The translations under genes were made by a program, and so were the position numbers. DNA of 64,000 bases from Azolla caroliniana (lineage: Eukaryota; Plantae; Polypodiophyta), in NCBI GenBank assembly GCA_043228905.1, contig JBHGNT010000008.1, positions 12,772,001 to 12,836,000 on the forward strand. Reading direction: 5' to 3'. Below the pieces are notes generated by a model. It ran no database searches and was not told the origin of the DNA. It worked only from the letters and a program-made list of their open reading frames with translations. Shown in pieces: positions 63,109-64,000 of the stretch. Position 1 is the first letter of the stretch, and each line of letters starts with the position of its first letter.

Positions 63109-64000
63109 TTTTTTTTTAGTAACACTTTTATTACTAGTGGGAAACCTCAAAGTGAGGTGAAAACCCACAAAGAATAAAGAAAAATATATAAGTGTCGATT
63201 AGACACTAAAGAGCTTAAAAGCACTCAAAGTAAAGATTGTAAACTTGTAGTGTGATGTCTCTAAGTTGCAAACAATCAAATAGAGATTGCATGAGGGATT
63301 GCTTAAAGAAGCTAACTTCATGCAGTTGGTTTCCATCAAAGACCTTATTATTGTGGGCTGTCCAAATGGTCTAGAGTACCCAAAATCGTGTCCATTGGAG
63401 AAAATAGGCATTCTTGGATAGGGCGCACGGAATTTGTCCAAATATCCAAAAGTGTTTGCCAAACCTTCGGTCAAGAAGTCTGTGATAAAGAGATGTACTT
63501 AGTCTTTGTACAAATGTTTTAGTGAATGAGCAAGTTCATAATAAGTGTGGGACCGTTTCCAATCGTCCACCACATCTTGCACAATCCGGTGAGGCTATCG
63601 ATCTCTTTTGAAGATTCAACCCAGTCGGGAGCACACCCAATAGGCATCTCCATAGGAATACCCGTTGCTTAAGTGGAAGACCAGAGCTCCATAAGCTTGT
63701 AAACCTGTTTTTCCACCAAGACTGCGTTTTGTGTAGTTTCCATAATGCATTTGCATGTTCATGAAACCATGGGACAGGTGGCAACAACATATACACTGAA
63801 TGTGTTGTAATGTTATGCATTGGAATAACAATGTTCCCTTTGTGTAACATCCAATCTTGAATCCTGCGATCTCCATCAAGAGGTGGCACAGGTACCAAGG
63901 AAAGTACCAACTCTGAGACTTGATTCTAGATAACACGATGATGTGACCCAAGACTATAACGACGTGTCATGTCATTGAAGTGCAATAAGTGGCATTGGTC
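63109..64000 (-). mobile_element. 3' end of an L1-type LINE (zf-RVT domain, AATAAA, poly(A) tail)
   Basis: LWSSGLPLKQRVFLWR...CARCGGRLETVPHL; AATAAA followed by A9 at 63117-63109. Confidence 0.85.

Overview
Eukaryotic land-plant genomic DNA; the retroelement lineages suggest a non-seed plant, probably a fern (inference). There are two intact multi-exon host genes, both on the minus strand: SF3B4 (27704-22168, 9 exons, 428 aa) and an OPT3-clade oligopeptide/iron transporter (61418-57966, 6 exons, 754 aa). The rest is mostly nested transposable elements. On the left, a probable CACTA element contains Copia C, which contains the fungal-like Gypsy A, which contains the intact, very young Tcn1-like chromovirus B. 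In the centre are Copia D, then Copia F containing Athila-like Gypsy E (extra 3' ORF), which contains Copia G, which contains a solo LTR; a chromovirus remnant, a non-autonomous tandem LTR element H, a hAT MITE and two LINE remnants are also present. The strongest candidate for an undescribed system is a shared LTR architecture. B and H have no tRNA primer-binding site but a Tf1-type self-priming site complementary to the predicted transcript 5' end, and that start site lies in a palindrome (also seen in one solo LTR). B, H and two other LTR-like units also carry a degenerate tRNA-like Pol III A/B-box cassette, antisense, at the outer U3 end. Two -1 frameshift signals are also visible. All calls are from reading by eye; no database search or folding was run.
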